Shown in pieces: positions 36,694-36,819 of a stretch of DNA of 36,819 nucleotides. This DNA is from Clostridium sp. CAG:1193 (GTDB taxonomy: Bacteria; Bacillota_I; Bacilli_A; RF39; UBA660), in the NCBI GenBank assembly GCA_000436255.1, contig HF990822.1:8018-44836 (forward strand), given 5' to 3'. A program made the translations under genes and the position numbers. Position 1 is the first letter of the stretch; every line of letters begins with the position of its first letter. The notes beneath the pieces were generated by a model, which ran no database searches, was not told where the DNA came from, and saw nothing but the letters and a program-made list of their open reading frames with translations.

Positions 36694-36819
36694 ATGAAAT
36701 TAAGAGTAGGTGTAATATTTGGTGGTGTTAGTGTTGAACATGAAGTTAGTATAATTTCAGCAGTTCAAGCAATGAAACAAATAGATGAAGAAAAATACGA
36801 AGTAATTCCAATTTATATA
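36694..36819 (+). CDS. ddl: D-alanine--D-alanine ligase (3' end cut by window edge)
   Basis: [42 protein letters not shown] is a typical Ddl N-terminus. SD AAAGGAG. The frame is open to the window end. Confidence 0.85.
   Translation, partial: MKLRVGVIFGGVSVEHEVSIISAVQAMKQIDEEKYEVIPIYI

Overview
36.8-kb, very AT-rich (by eye over 70% A+T, not computed) chromosomal segment from a low-GC Gram-positive (Bacillota) endospore former. Lineage clues are sspI, YjcZ-like tiny proteins, Bacillus-type dnaB-dnaI and two T-box leaders; I cannot place it more finely. The standard genetic code fits: long ORFs are intact and Trp is TGG. Most of the window is housekeeping. Plus strand: dnaB(partial)-dnaI, T-box-thrS, rpsB-tsf, frr, T-box-pheST, lemA plus a DUF2207 protein, polA, rpoZ, recX, two class-I amidotransferase/peptidase C26 paralogs, a YfiH/PgeF-like protein, an alpha/beta hydrolase, murF and ddl(partial). 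Minus strand: ruvA-ruvB-queA-tgt, a Zn-ribbon protein, rnc, a small phosphoglycosyl transferase, sspI and prsA. No tRNA/rRNA genes, CRISPR array, transposase or recombinase gene was seen. The main non-housekeeping content is a family of 26-residue-repeat (DUF285/BspA-type) surface-protein genes at 15.7-16.9 kb and 22.3-25.3 kb, bracketing the ruvAB-queA-tgt-rnc block. Only one copy has a promoter, an RBS and a prepilin-type leader. The others are 5'- or 3'-truncated cassettes on both strands, joined at sharp breakpoints and carrying several 100%-identical internal repeats. Other oddities: a two-nuclease (PD-(D/E)xK + DEDDy) protein coupled to polA; a RelE/Gp49-like plus HTH pair after frr; an 83-aa ORF between the Thr T-box and a TGS-less thrS; a MurF whose N-terminal domain is replaced by about 5 TM helices; S2 with a Rho_N/SAP-like tail; an NT5C-like nucleotidase where pyrH normally sits; prsA reading through a terminator after an A7 run; and two unannotated tiny Gly/Cys-rich TM peptides.
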